NCBI GenBank assembly: GCA_963737265.1 | Contig: CAVTRY010000021.1 | Span: 1-64,000 of the forward strand | Direction of reading: 5' to 3' | Length of the DNA stretch: 64,000 nt | Source: an uncultured delta proteobacterium | GTDB taxonomy: Bacteria > Myxococcota_A > Polyangia > Fen-1088 | Shown here: positions 19,906-33,655 of the stretch, in pieces | Layout of the letters: each line of letters begins with the position of its first letter | How positions within the stretch are numbered: the first letter of the stretch is position 1 | Notes under the pieces: model-generated | Seen by the model: the letters and a program-made list of their open reading frames with translations, nothing else | Databases searched by the model: none | Told to the model about the DNA's origin: nothing | Made by a program: the position numbers and the translations under genes

Positions 19906-22900
19906 TCAAGCGTCGCCGGATGTCTTGGCGAAGTAGCCTTGCAAAAAGGTCGCGATCCGCCCGAGCTCGTCCTGCATCGCCGCGACTTCGGCCGCAAAGA
20001 CGTCGGTTCGACCGTTCTTGGCCGAGTGCTCGAGCTGCCCCGCCATGCGTTGCAGCCCCACGAATCCCAGGTTGCCACTCGACCCCTTGATGGCGTGGGC
20101 AACCGCGGCGACCGAGCTGGCATCGCTGCTTTCCACGGCACGCAGCAATTCCTGAATCCGTTTTGCGCTATTCGACTGGAACGAAAGCAGGAGCAAGGCG
20201 TAGTTGCCGCCGGGCGAGCCGGAGAAAAGCATATCCATTTCTTGGAAGCGCGCGCGATCCAGGTCGGGCGCGGCTGGACGGGCGGGGATTTCTGCTGTCG
20301 CCTTTCCCGGCACGGACGCGACAAGGATCGCGGCACCCACGCCCATGTACCGAACCAGCGTCGTCAGCAGCCCCTTGCGCGTAAACGGCTTGCTGAGATA
20401 CCCGTCCATGCCCGCCGCCAGGCACGTATCCTCGTCGCCCGCGATGGCATTCGCGGTCATGGCCACGATGGGAATGTGACCGCCGCGCTGCTGCTCGAGG
20501 GCGCGAATGCGCACCGTGGTCGCAAATCCATCTAGACGTGGCATCTGGCAGTCCATGAGCACCAAATCGAATGACGACTGTTCGATGGCCGAAAGGACTT
20601 GGCAACCGTCCATCGCCAACGTGACATCGGCGCCGAGATCCTCCAGCATCTTACGGGCCACGAGCTGGTTGACCTCGTTGTCCTCGGCCAGGAGCACGCG
20701 CAGTGAAAACGGAAGTCTGCCCTGGGTGGACGCCCGAGCTTTCGGGGCCGAGACCGTGTGGCGCGTGATGGGGGCGCCGACGATGCCTTCGCGCCTGCGT
20801 GCCACGACCAGTGCCAGGACCTTGGCCAATACGTCGTTGCGAGCCGGCTTGGCTAGGTACCCGTCACAATTGGAGACGCTCGGCAGCGAGATTTCCGAGC
20901 CGCTTCCGCGGGTGGCAAGAGGTGCCATCATGACGATGCCGAGCGAGGCCAGCCGAGGATCGCGCCTGAGGGCGTCGGCGAGTCGCTCGCCATCCATATC
21001 CGGCATGTAGAGGTCGACGATGGCAAGGTCGAACGGGCGCTCCTCCTCGAGCGCGAGCTCGACCGCTTGCAAGGCTTCGTGGCCGGACCCGGCTAGACGC
21101 ACGATGATGCCAAGAGCGCGCAGTTGCTTTTCCAGGCTCGCACGAACGAGCGCGTTGTCATCGACCACGAGGCAACGACGGCCGTGCAGGATGGTGGACC
21201 CCGACGAGCTGGCCGGCCCACTTAAGTCAACCGCCAGCTTCAGCGTGATCGTGACGGTCGAGCCTTGTCCGTCCTGGCTCCGCAATTCGATGTGTCCGCC
21301 CATTCCCTCCACGATGCGTCGGCTCAGCGCCAGCCCAAGGCCAGTGCCACCATGTTTGCGCGACGTGGAAGCATCGGCTTGGGTGAACGGCTCGAACAGC
21401 CGCCCAATCACCTGCTCCGGAATTCCTTCGCCGGTATCACGGACGACGATGGAGACAACCGCATTGTCGCCGTCGCGCTTGACCTGGCATGCCTCGATGA
21501 GGACGTGGCCGCGCGCGGTGAATTTCAGGGCATTGCTAACCAAATTGCCGAGCACCTGGCGGAGCCTCCCCGGATCGCCCAGCAGGCGGCTTGGCAAGTC
21601 GGCATCCAGATCCGTGACCAGCTCAACCGTCGCGCTCGCCGCCTTGGAGCCGTGAAGCTCCACGACATCGAAAACCAGGGACGCCAAGTCGAAAGGAATG
21701 GACTCGAGCTGTAGCCGCCCGGCTTCGATCTTCGAGAAGTCCAGGATGTCGTTGAGAATGCCGAGCAACAGATCCCCGCACCGAGTGATGGAATCGACAT
21801 ACTCCTGCTGATCCGAATTGAGTGGCGAACGTGACAGCAACTCGGCCAAGCCAAGCATGCCGCCGAGCGGGGTGCGAATCTCGTGACTCATGTTGGCCAA
21901 GAACTGGGACTTGGCCCGGTCGGCTTCCAGCGCCGCATCCCGCGCCACGGCCAGCTCCTGATTCTGTGCACCAGCTCCTCGGCGGTGAGCCGAAACGCTT
22001 CCTCGACCCGCTTGCGTTCGGTGATGTCCACCACCACGGCCAGAATGAGCGATTCGCGCTCTAGCGATAGCATTTCGGCCGATACCAAGCCATCGCGGAT
22101 CTCCCCGGCGCGCGTGCGCAGCTGAATCTCGACGTTACGGGTTTGCCTGCCCTGCGCAAGCCCCTCCAGCAGCCGATCCCGTTGGCCGAGGTCGACGAAC
22201 AGATTGAGCTCGGTCGGGGTCTTGCCAATCGCTTCGTCGCGGGAATAGCCGAGCACGCGCAAAAAAGCCTCGTTCACGTCGAACACGGTACGGTTGCTGA
22301 CCTTGATGAGGGCCATCAGGGCAGGACTGCCGTGGAACGCCTTGGAGAATTTTTCCTCAGAGAGCTTGAGGCCGAAGATGTCCTTGCACACCGCGAAGTA
22401 GACCGGACGTCCGTTCCAGCTCCCCCGCACCACGCGCGTCTCGACCGGAATCAGCGTGCCATCCTTCGCCTCGACGGGAACCGGCGAGCATTCGACCTTG
22501 CCGGAAATCAGGTCGGCCATCACCGACTCGGCTTCCGACCACCGCTCCTTGGGAAAGACCGTGAGCGCCAGGCGTCCGGTCAATTCTTCCTGACTGAAGC
22601 CGAGGCGCTCGGTGACCGTTCGGTTGACCCGCAGAATGCGCCATTGCTCGTCGAGGACGAACAGGAAGTCATCGATCGAGTCGAAGAACTGCCAGAAGCT
22701 CTTTTCGTTTTGTTGCGAGGTTTGGTCACCCTCCTGCTTTTGCATCACGGCCCGCAGCCTGGCTTCCGTTCCCATTCCCTGCGTGCCGAGACGCCGCAGC
22801 TCCGCATCGGCCTCGCTTTGGCGGAAATAGCGCCGGAGACGAATCAGGCCAAGACAGAAGAAGACGGATAGCGCCAGGGAAAGCAGCTCGGGCGGGACAA

Positions 22901-23096
22901 AGTCGAAAGGCGCCGGCTGGTGAAAGACCGTAAACATGGTGACCACGCGCCGAGGCAGAATGAGTGCGAGCGCGATGGCGATAGCGCCCCACGCCCAGCG
23001 CACGCGCGACGAAACCATGGTCCGCAGCGCGAGGTACACGGCCAAGCCCTGGACGATAATGGAGAGCGAGAAAACTATCCGCGCCAAAAGCGTCAT
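19906..23096 (-). pseudogene. Hybrid sensor kinase (TM-PAS-PAS-HisKA-HATPase-REC-REC-HPt) split by a 1-bp frameshift near 21964
   Basis: ORF 21888-23096 (TM plus 2 PAS) ends ..EELVH; the kinase part resumes in another frame as QELAVARDAALEADRAKSQFLANMSHEIRTP. May be a sequencing error. Confidence 0.85.
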
Positions 23097-23172
23097 CGTC
23101 TGTCCGTTCAATCCATGAACGCACAAGGCGTAGCCCGCTGTCAAAGGTCGGCTAGAGCACAGCTAGTTTTCC

Positions 23173-23223
23173 CCACAGAGTCACAGAGCACTTCTCGGCC
23201 CTGCCTCTCTGCGCTCTCTGTGG
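23173..23223. repeat. Short CACAGAG...CTCTGTG palindromic repeat unit
   Basis: CCACAGAGTCACAGAG ... CTCTGCGCTCTCTGTGG imperfect inverted repeat in the divergent intergenic region. Confidence 0.6.
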
Positions 23224-23337
23224 TGAAAAAGAATCCCGCTCCATACTAGGTGAGCCGCCCCTTCCCCGTTAGTCGAGACGGAGTATGCTTCGGCCCTCCA
23301 CCCACCCTTCGAACCAGAAAAGAGCAGCGAAGGCACC

Positions 23338-24890
<1,553 letters not shown>

Positions 24891-24894
<4 letters not shown>

Positions 24895-25661
24895 CCCACG
24901 GCCAAAAGCGCGCGTACGACCTCGGCGAATCCCGAGGCTTCTTCGCCTTCGGTGATGAAGGCCGGGCGGTCTTCGCCGAGCTCGTCGAGAAAGCGAACGA
25001 CGTTGCGCACGCCCACGCTGGTGCGGCGAAGCCTGGCGAAGAGCGGCCGGTCGTTGCTGCTGTCGCCGACGAAGAGAATGCGCTCGTCGGGCGCGCGCCA
25101 TGCCTCGGGAGCGATGGACTGCAACGCCGCCAGCAGTCCTTCGGCCTTGCCCCAGCCCGACGGTCGCACGTGGATGTGGATGGAGCTGGCAATCACCTCA
25201 AAGCCGGGATCGACGAGCTTCTGGCTGGCAGCAAGCGTCGACGAGCCGAAGCTGCTCGGCCGCATGAAGGCGCGCTCGAAGATGCGAAAGGCATCGTCCG
25301 GCGTGACCTGCAAAGCATGGGCTTGGCGAACCCGCGCACTGTTCTCGGCCAGCGCGGCGAAAAACTCGCGCGCGCGCTCGGGGCCGAGGTCCGTGCGCTC
25401 GCCGTGGCTATCGAACGCCACCAATCCGTTCTCGCCAATCGCGACCTTGACGGCTGGCAGGTAGGTCGCTAGGGCTTGCGCCCATCCCGCTGGCCGGCCG
25501 GTGACGAGAGCGACAACAACACCAGCCTTGTCCAATGCCTCGAAGCATTCGAGCGTGCCGGGGGGCAGCTTGCCGTTCTTGGTAATCGTGTCGTCGACGT
25601 CGGCGGCGAGCACGCGAATTTGCGCCAAGGCGGAGGTGGTGAAGGTCGAAAAGGGTTGCAT
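24891..25661 (-). CDS. HAD-IIB family hydrolase
   Basis: DVDDTIT motif I, VTGR, K and GDSSND motifs. Confidence 0.85.
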
Positions 25662-25733
25662 ACAGGCACCTTTGGGCGCTCTGAAACCGTGCCGTCGCAG
25701 CGAACAGCAGGGCGCAGGTTGTCGCGGACGAAA

Positions 25734-25940
25734 TTACAGCTCGAAGCCGTAGGGCTTCTTGCCTTCCTTGTCCTTCTTCTTCGGCTTGTCGTCGGACTGC
25801 TTCTTCGCCCGCTTTCGCTTGCAGGCGGTGCCGTGTGACTGCGCTTGGACGACCCCGGGCTCGGAAGCCGCGGCGATCGAGCTGGTCAGCGGAGCAATGA
25901 ATGAAAAAACGAGGGTGAGAATTACAACGTTGAGGCGCAT
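25734..25940 (-). CDS. Small secreted hypothetical protein, Lys-rich, ending YGFEL
   Basis: Signal-peptide-like N-terminus; TAGACT -10 box 10 nt upstream. Confidence 0.55.
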   Translation of the reverse strand: MRLNVVILTLVFSFIAPLTSSIAAASEPGVVQAQSHGTACKRKRAKKQSDDKPKKKDKEGKKPYGFEL

Positions 25941-25987
25941 GAGTCGCGTCAGTCTAGCGGAAAATAATGGTCGCTGCCGCCACCTTT

Positions 25988-27799
25988 TTACGGCTGACCG
26001 CCGCCCGAGCCAAGCACGGAGCGCACGACCTTGGCGACAGCCTCGAGGCTGCCAAGCGGGATGTGAAGCTCGCCCGATAGCGCGGTTCCGCTACGCAGCG
26101 TAAGAACGAACGGGGCCTTCATCTCGGCCACGCCGGGCAGCGACCCAGCGATCGCGACGATGGGACCACCGGGCAGGCCATTCCCCTTGCCGAGCAGGCG
26201 CAGCATGAACGAGATGACATCCACCGAAGCGACTGCCTCGTCGCCGCTCGTGCGAGCCAGCGTGGCAGCTACCAGCGGCGCGTCCTTCGCCGAGGTCGCG
26301 GCCCCGTACCGGTTCGCTATCTCGCGCGGATTGCGACCGAACGCCTGCACAAGGTGACCATCCTTGACCGACAGCGCGTACTTAATGCTGTCCCCACCCG
26401 CGATTGCTTTTGCCAGGGCGCGTGCCGTGGGATCCTTGTTCTCGATCGTCTTGTCGATTTCCACCATGTCGCGCGACCGCTTGATCTTGAGCGGCGTCGC
26501 CTTGCGCCCTTCAAGCTCGGCTTCCCAGGCCTGCTGTGAATTCGCCATCGCGACCGCGGCGTCGAGGGCAGCCCGTGGGCTGGTGCCGGGCCTGAGGGCT
26601 GCGCCGCACAGAGTGGAAAACGCGGCTGCCGTGAAGTCGACCACACACGATGGGGCCACCGTCGCTTCGGAGAGCTTGACCACATCCCGCCAAAATCCCC
26701 GTCCTGCGGGCCCAGAAGCCTCGAACATCTTACCCCAGTTGGCGAACATCGACCAAACATCCCCGAGGGCGAGAACCGCCGTGCCGTCGTCGCGCAGCGG
26801 CAGGCGCGCATCGAATGCGTAGGGCGCCCGGCGCGCTGTTCGCGCGGCGAAGTCCGTGCCGGCCGCCGGCACCATTTCCACGCGAATGTCGAAGCCGTCC
26901 CTCGGCCCCGCATCCACAAGCAAGCGAATGGCCGACGAATCCAGCGCCAGTCTGGCCATCACCTCCGCGGCCGCGATCGAGGTGCGCTGGAACGCCGGCG
27001 TCAGCTTGGTCTGCCCGCTCTTCGCCGCGGCGGACATAGTCGAGGCCACCCTGGCGACCAGGGCATCGGGCGACTGCCCACTCGCCTTGGCCAGCGCCTG
27101 CGGCAGCACGGTTAAGACGATCTGGCTAGCCGGCGGATCGCTCTGCGTGCGCTCCGCCAGCGCGCCGGCGAACAGCAAGGCCTCGGCGGAACCAGAAATA
27201 AAAAGCGTGCGGCGCTTCACCCCACCCCACAGCAAATCTCCGTCGGAGGTTCGTCGCTCGAATGCGCCGCCTCGCTCGCCACTGGGCGTTCCCATCTCGT
27301 CGAAGGTTCGCCTGGCCCCGGCGGATTCCTTGAACGTCATCGCAGCGCAGAAGCCTTTGAGGTGCGACTTGTCCGACAGAACCCACACGATGGCGACGGG
27401 CAATGACGGATCGAGTCGGTCCAGGATCGCCTGAAGGTGGGCACCGCCGCCCGGAAAACCAAGCGATGCCAAGGACGGGAGCAATTCTTGTCCCAGCTTC
27501 ATGGGCAAGCTCAGCCGCTGCGAAAGGGCGTCCAGATCGCCGAGAATCTTGCTTGGCGCGGCCAACACCAAACTGCCCACCAGCGCCGAACCGGCGACCG
27601 CGGGCTCGGCAAAGACGGGCTCTGGCCCGGCCACCAGGGCCGGCGCGGAAATTGGACGGGCGGGTTCCGCTGCGGCCGCTGGCGTCGAAACGGGTGCGAC
27701 CGACGAACCGGTCTTGCATCCACCAGCCCAGGCGAAAACGGCAGCACAAGAAGAAAGGGCGAGAATCCGAGCTCTTGCTTTCCGATTTCTTGCTTTCAT
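25988..27799 (-). CDS. Hypothetical lipoprotein
   Basis: Basic N-terminus, hydrophobic stretch and AGGC lipobox-like motif; long open frame; start chosen at ATG 27799. Confidence 0.7.
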   Translation of the reverse strand: MKARNRKARARILALSSCAAVFAWAGGCKTGSSVAPVSTPAAAAEPARPISAPALVAGPEPVFAEPAVAGSALVGSLVLAAPSKILGDLDALSQRLSLPMKLGQELLPSLASLGFPGGGAHLQAILDRLDPSLPVAIVWVLSDKSHLKGFCAAMTFKESAGARRTFDEMGTPSGERGGAFERRTSDGDLLWGGVKRRTLFISGSAEALLFAGALAERTQSDPPASQIVLTVLPQALAKASGQSPDALVARVASTMSAAAKSGQTKLTPAFQRTSIAAAEVMARLALDSSAIRLLVDAGPRDGFDIRVEMVPAAGTDFAARTARRAPYAFDARLPLRDDGTAVLALGDVWSMFANWGKMFEASGPAGRGFWRDVVKLSEATVAPSCVVDFTAAAFSTLCGAALRPGTSPRAALDAAVAMANSQQAWEAELEGRKATPLKIKRSRDMVEIDKTIENKDPTARALAKAIAGGDSIKYALSVKDGHLVQAFGRNPREIANRYGAATSAKDAPLVAATLARTSGDEAVASVDVISFMLRLLGKGNGLPGGPIVAIAGSLPGVAEMKAPFVLTLRSGTALSGELHIPLGSLEAVAKVVRSVLGSGGGQP

Positions 27800-27895
27800 A
27801 GGATGGCAAGCACGATACGACCGATCGTCCCGGCTTCCAAGACCGGATGTTCTGGCCCCGAAGCCAAGCGAGACGAGATATAATCGAAAGCACTC

Positions 27896-29590
27896 GTGAT
27901 CGGACGCAGCATAGGCAACTACAAGATCGTTCGGGTGTTGGGCGAAGGCGGCATGGGGACGGTCTACCTGGCCGAACACCCCATGATAGGCAAGCGCGTG
28001 GCGGTGAAGATGTTGCGCCCGGACCTCGGCACGGATCCGGGCCTAGTGTCGCGCTTCTTCCAGGAGGCCAAGGCGGTCAACGAGATTCGTCATCCCAACA
28101 TCGTCGACATCGCGGACTTCGGCCACACCTCGGACGGCATCGTCTACTTCGTCATGGAATTGATGGAGGGCCAAAGTCTGCGCGACCGACTGTCGGCGTA
28201 TGGCCCAATGCCTATCGCACAGGTCGTCGCGACGTCCCGGCAGGTCATCGACGCGCTCGCGGCCGCCCACCGCGTGGGGATCATTCACCGCGATCTCAAA
28301 CCCGACAACATCTTCCTGGTCACCGACGCGCAGGTTCCGGGCGGCTTCCGGGCGAAGTTGTTCGACTTCGGGGTGGCCAAGCTGCTTGGCGACAAGCAAA
28401 TGCAGGTCGGTCATAAAACCATCGACGGAGCCGTGGTGGGCACACCTTTCTACATGTCGCCCGAGCAGGCACTGTGCCAAGACGTCGGGGTCGCGGCCGA
28501 CATCTACGCCATGGGTGTCGTGCTCTACGAAATGGTGACTGGTTCAGTCCCGTTTCGCTCCGAACAACTCGTCATCTTGCTCAACGCGATCCTCAGGCAA
28601 CCCGCGCCGCCGCCCAGCCGCGTCCGCCCCGACACGCCGCAGTGGCTCGACAGGCTGGTGCTGCGCTGCTTGGAAAAGGATCCGGAAGCGCGACCACGCG
28701 GCATGGAAGAGGTCAACGCGGTCTTGGCCGCTGGCGCCGCGGATCTCGCCGGCAACAACGTCGCGCTTGATGCCACCATCGCCGCACCCGCGAGCCTCGT
28801 CACGCCGCCGCCGGTGACGGTGCCCCAGCCGACCGCCGTGCGTGCCGCCGTCGCCCGCCAGCCGACGGCCGTCGGCGAGCCGGCAACCAGGCACACCATG
28901 GCGCCGCTCCAGCCTCAGGCAACGGCCATTCCTCCACGGCGCGCAACCATCCACAGCGGCGGCGTAGCTCGGCCGAGCGAGCCGCTGGGCGTGGTTGCGC
29001 AGGTGCGCGCCTACCTTGATTCGCGTCGCGTACGACGGGTAGCCATTCCGCTGATTATCGTCGGTGCGGCCGTCACCGTCGCGAGCATCTTTGCGTCGGC
29101 CGCCGCCAAACGCCCAATCACCGAATTTGCCCCCGAAGTCGCCCCGCCACCACCCGCGCAACCCGCTCATGCCACGATTCGAATCAATTCGGAGCCGTCC
29201 GGTGCCGAGGTCATTCGCCTCTCCGACAACCGTCGACTTGGAACCACGCCGCTTGTCGACATCCGACTCGCCGAAGGGCGCGAGGTCAGCTATCGTTTTC
29301 ATCTGGCCGGCTACACCGACGTGCAGATGCCGTTCCTGGCGACGGCGCCAGGCACGTTCGAGATCACCGCGGCACTCTCGCCCATCGAACGTCGGAACGA
29401 CACCGGTAGCCACAACCTCGCAGGTTCCGGTCGACGAACCAGCCACGGCCGGGAAAAACGCCACGCAACCCAATCCGCGCTGGTTTCGCCGCCGCCTATC
29501 GCGCATGTCGCGCAACCCCGCGAAAATCCGCCATCTTCGTCACTACCGCCCCTCGGCGACCGAAACCCGGTGCACCGGCTCGGCCGTTGA
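27896..29590 (+). CDS. Hanks-type Ser/Thr protein kinase with TM and PEGA-like domain
   Basis: GEGGMG, VAVK, HRDLKPDN, DFG, GTP.YMSPEQ; INSEPSGAEV...LGTTP PEGA motif. Confidence 0.93.
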   Translation: MIGRSIGNYKIVRVLGEGGMGTVYLAEHPMIGKRVAVKMLRPDLGTDPGLVSRFFQEAKAVNEIRHPNIVDIADFGHTSDGIVYFVMELMEGQSLRDRLSAYGPMPIAQVVATSRQVIDALAAAHRVGIIHRDLKPDNIFLVTDAQVPGGFRAKLFDFGVAKLLGDKQMQVGHKTIDGAVVGTPFYMSPEQALCQDVGVAADIYAMGVVLYEMVTGSVPFRSEQLVILLNAILRQPAPPPSRVRPDTPQWLDRLVLRCLEKDPEARPRGMEEVNAVLAAGAADLAGNNVALDATIAAPASLVTPPPVTVPQPTAVRAAVARQPTAVGEPATRHTMAPLQPQATAIPPRRATIHSGGVARPSEPLGVVAQVRAYLDSRRVRRVAIPLIIVGAAVTVASIFASAAAKRPITEFAPEVAPPPPAQPAHATIRINSEPSGAEVIRLSDNRRLGTTPLVDIRLAEGREVSYRFHLAGYTDVQMPFLATAPGTFEITAALSPIERRNDTGSHNLAGSGRRTSHGREKRHATQSALVSPPPIAHVAQPRENPPSSSLPPLGDRNPVHRLGR

Positions 29591-29687
29591 AGCGTAAGGC
29601 AGTGCATGATCTTGTCGCGGGAGTTATGCCCTCGCGGGATCCTGTCGAGATAGTAGAATTGAGAAAGTTGTGAGGAGCACCAAGTCG

Positions 29688-30683
29688 ATGAGCGCAAGCC
29701 CGCCACTCACGCCTCCGCCCGTCGTCATCGACGTTCCGTTGCCGAGGACCTCGCTACCACTACTTCAGCCGGAGACGTTCTTCGATCTCGACGCTACCCT
29801 GTACAACGGCATCCTCGACCGCATCGAGGACGGCGTGTACTTCGTCGATCGCAACCGCCGCGTCTTGCTGTGGAACCGTGGCGCCGAAGTGATCACGGGC
29901 TTCCTGCGTGGGGAAGTCCTGGGTCTGGAGTGTTCCGACAGCCTCCTCTGCCACGTGGACTCCAGCGGCCGGCTGCTGTGCGGAAGCGGCTGTACTTTGC
30001 AAAGGGTCCTCAGCACCGGCGTCCCCATCGAGGCGGATGCCTTTCTGCAACACAAGCTGGGACACCGTGTTCCGGTGCGAGTGAAGACCGGGCCGCTTCG
30101 CGATCGGCAGAACAAGCTCGTGGGCGTGGTGCAGGTTTTTCGCAGCACTTCGGTCGATCGCCGCCAGGACCAAATCATCGAGGAGCTTTCGCATTTGGCG
30201 ATGATCGACGATTTGACCCGCTTGCCCAACCGGCGCCACTTCGACCTTCAGCTCGATCGCCGGCTGGCGGAGCTGGGCCGTTTTGGCTGGCCGTTTGGGA
30301 CGTTGATGATCGACATCGACCGCTTCAAGCAAATCAATGACGGCCACGGGCACCAGACGGGCGACGAGATCCTGCGCTTGGTGGCCCGCACCCTCGCGGC
30401 AAACTGCCGCATGGTGGACACGATTGCGCGCTGGGGCGGCGAAGAGTTCAGCGCCATCATCGCCAACGTCGAAGAGGCGGAGCTCCGAAAAGTGGCGGAG
30501 AAGCTCCGTGCCATGATTGAGACCAGTAGTTTGCGCGGCGCCGACAACGCGCTGTTGCGCGCCACGGTTTCCATCGGCGGCGCGGTGGCGGTTCCCAACG
30601 AAACTGCTGGCGAGCTGCTCAAGCGCACCGACGAAATGTTGTACGCCGCCAAGAACGCCGGCCGCAACCGAGTGTGTATCTGA
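29688..30683 (+). CDS. PAS-GGDEF diguanylate cyclase
   Basis: PAS domain; D.LT.LPNRR, DID.FK.IND, RMVD I-site, GGEEF. Confidence 0.93.
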   Translation: MSASPPLTPPPVVIDVPLPRTSLPLLQPETFFDLDATLYNGILDRIEDGVYFVDRNRRVLLWNRGAEVITGFLRGEVLGLECSDSLLCHVDSSGRLLCGSGCTLQRVLSTGVPIEADAFLQHKLGHRVPVRVKTGPLRDRQNKLVGVVQVFRSTSVDRRQDQIIEELSHLAMIDDLTRLPNRRHFDLQLDRRLAELGRFGWPFGTLMIDIDRFKQINDGHGHQTGDEILRLVARTLAANCRMVDTIARWGGEEFSAIIANVEEAELRKVAEKLRAMIETSSLRGADNALLRATVSIGGAVAVPNETAGELLKRTDEMLYAAKNAGRNRVCI

Positions 30684-30757
30684 CGTGTCATGAGGCTTCG
30701 GCGGGCGAAGCCCGCGCTATGTATCTGATTGCGGCCGATCCTCGACCGACGAGCACC

Positions 30758-30824
30758 GACGCAAACTCGCGGACGCAAACCCGAGTCAGACGCAAACCCG
30801 AGTCTGTGCCTGATTGCCGGGTTG
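30758..30824 (+). other. Degenerate c-di-GMP-I (GEMM) riboswitch-like sequence containing three GACGCAAAC copies
   Basis: GCAAACTC..GGACGCAAACCCGAGTC (duplicated)...TGATTGCCGGGTTG; P2 GAAA loop absent. Confidence 0.3.
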
Positions 30825-30843
30825 TGGTAGGGGTAGTGCGCCG

Positions 30844-32065
30844 ATGAAGAAAGGGCAGACTACCGACGATATCGCGTCACGTGGCCACCTAGCTCGCTGG
30901 CCATGGTGGCTCGCGCTGTGTTTTTGCTTGGCGGGCTTGGGCCTTTCGATTCTGCTCGAGCAGATCCACTTCAAGACCCACACGGATCCTACCTTCCACA
31001 GTTTCTGCGCCATCGACCGAAAGGTGAATTGCGACATCGTCGCGCGCAGCCCCTATGCCGTCCTGTGCGGGGTGCCGGTGGCGGCCTGGGGAATTTTCGG
31101 ATATTTGCTCGCCGCCGGTGTTTCGCTGTGGGGCGTGCGCAGCCGGCGGCCTCTCTTGGTCACTGGCTTCGGCCTCTACCTCTCCATCGCGTTCACGGCC
31201 GCCAGCGCCGCCTTCGCCGCGGTCTCGGCCTTCTTGGTCGCAGCTGTCTGCTTGCTTTGTCTTGGCACCTACGCGGTGAACCTGCTGCTGGTGGTTTGCA
31301 TGCTGCTCGCGGCGCGCGGCGTGGGCATCCGCGCCGCCTTCATGGAACCTTTGCGCTTCGCCCGCGCGCGACCGCTGCGAACCCTGGGCGTGGCGATAGT
31401 GCTCGCTGGCGCCGCGCTTGGGGTCGTCATCGGCCACCCGTCCTATTGGAACCAACAGCCCGAGGCCAACCGGACTAGGCCCACGACCCCCACGCTGCCC
31501 GTTGGCGTCGAGCCGGGTGGCGGCCACTTCATCGGGGCAACGAATCCGGCCGTGACGCTCGTCGAGTTCAGCGACTACGAATGCCCATTTTGCCGCCAAG
31601 CCCACACCCAGTTGCGTGCCTTGGTCGAGCGCTATCCCACGCAGCTACGCTTGGTTCATCGGCATTACCCGCTCGAACAAAAGCTGCAACTCCTCCATCA
31701 AAACGCGCATGCACGACAACGCCTGCTTCGCCGCCATGATCGCGGAATGCGCTGGCCGACAGAACCGCTTCTGGCAAGCCAACGACTACCTTTTCGCCGA
31801 AACGCGCACCCTGCACTCGCGGCCCAACAGCGAGATCGCGCGCGACATCGGGCTCGATGCCACCGCGCTCGACTTCTGCCTGCGCGAGGAAGGCCCGCGC
31901 AGTGTGGCGCTCGACGTGGATGAGGGCAACCGCCTCAATATCCAAGGAACGCCGACCTTCCTCGTCGAAGGCAAGACCTACACCGGTGCCTGGCCGCCCT
32001 GGTTGCTGACCCGCCTGCAGAACGCCGCCGCTGGTATCGACGGCGGCGGCAACGACATGCGATAG
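30844..32065 (+). pseudogene. VKOR-DsbA fusion split by an extra A in the run 31679-31682
   Basis: VKOR loop cysteines and CLLC; DsbA CPFC...RHYPLEQ continues in another frame as SCNSS...HDNAC.AA...GTPTF. Confidence 0.85.
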
Positions 32066-32071
32066 ACGATC

Positions 32072-32524
32072 CTATTTGCGAGACGCACGCAGCAGCTTGC
32101 GCTCCAGTTTGCGCATGATTTCCGCCTCGTCGGGGCGATGGTGGTCATGTCCGAACAGGTGGCACAGCCCGTGAACGGCGAGGCGGGCCAGCTCACCAGG
32201 TAGCCGAACCTTGCCGCTGCGCCTGAGCGCGGTCTCCACCGAAATCACGATGTCGCCGAGGAGAACGCCGTCGCCCGCCGGATCGTTTTCCCCTTTCAGC
32301 TCTTGCTGGTGGAAGCTGAGCACGTCGGTGGCGCGGTCGAGCTTGCGGTAGTCGTGGTTGAGCCCGCGCATTTCCGCGTCGCAGGTGAGCAGCACCGTGA
32401 CTGCGGAGCGCGCCCGGTCGAGCACGCGTAGAGCAGCGCGCAGACGGGCCGCGAGTTGCAGACGCGACGCGACATTGATGAGCTTGCGCGCCTCGGGCCG
32501 GACCAGCACGTCGACCATGGTCAC
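32072..32524 (-). CDS. ybeY: rRNA maturation endoribonuclease YbeY
   Basis: TDVLSF, LGDIVIS and HGLCHLFGHDH motifs. Confidence 0.93.
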   Translation of the reverse strand: MTMVDVLVRPEARKLINVASRLQLAARLRAALRVLDRARSAVTVLLTCDAEMRGLNHDYRKLDRATDVLSFHQQELKGENDPAGDGVLLGDIVISVETALRRSGKVRLPGELARLAVHGLCHLFGHDHHRPDEAEIMRKLERKLLRASRK

Positions 32525-32541
32525 ATCGCGCGCTTGCCCTA

Positions 32542-33576
<1,035 letters not shown>

Positions 33577-33655
33577 TGTGCTCCGTCCTCTGTAGCACGT
33601 TCACCGAACAAGAACCAGGCGGCAGTCTGTGGCAAGCGCGCTAGACTGCCGGCCC

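Noticed and set aside
23230-23337. Possible leucine attenuator upstream of leuA
   Set aside because: No Leu-codon leader peptide or terminator found.
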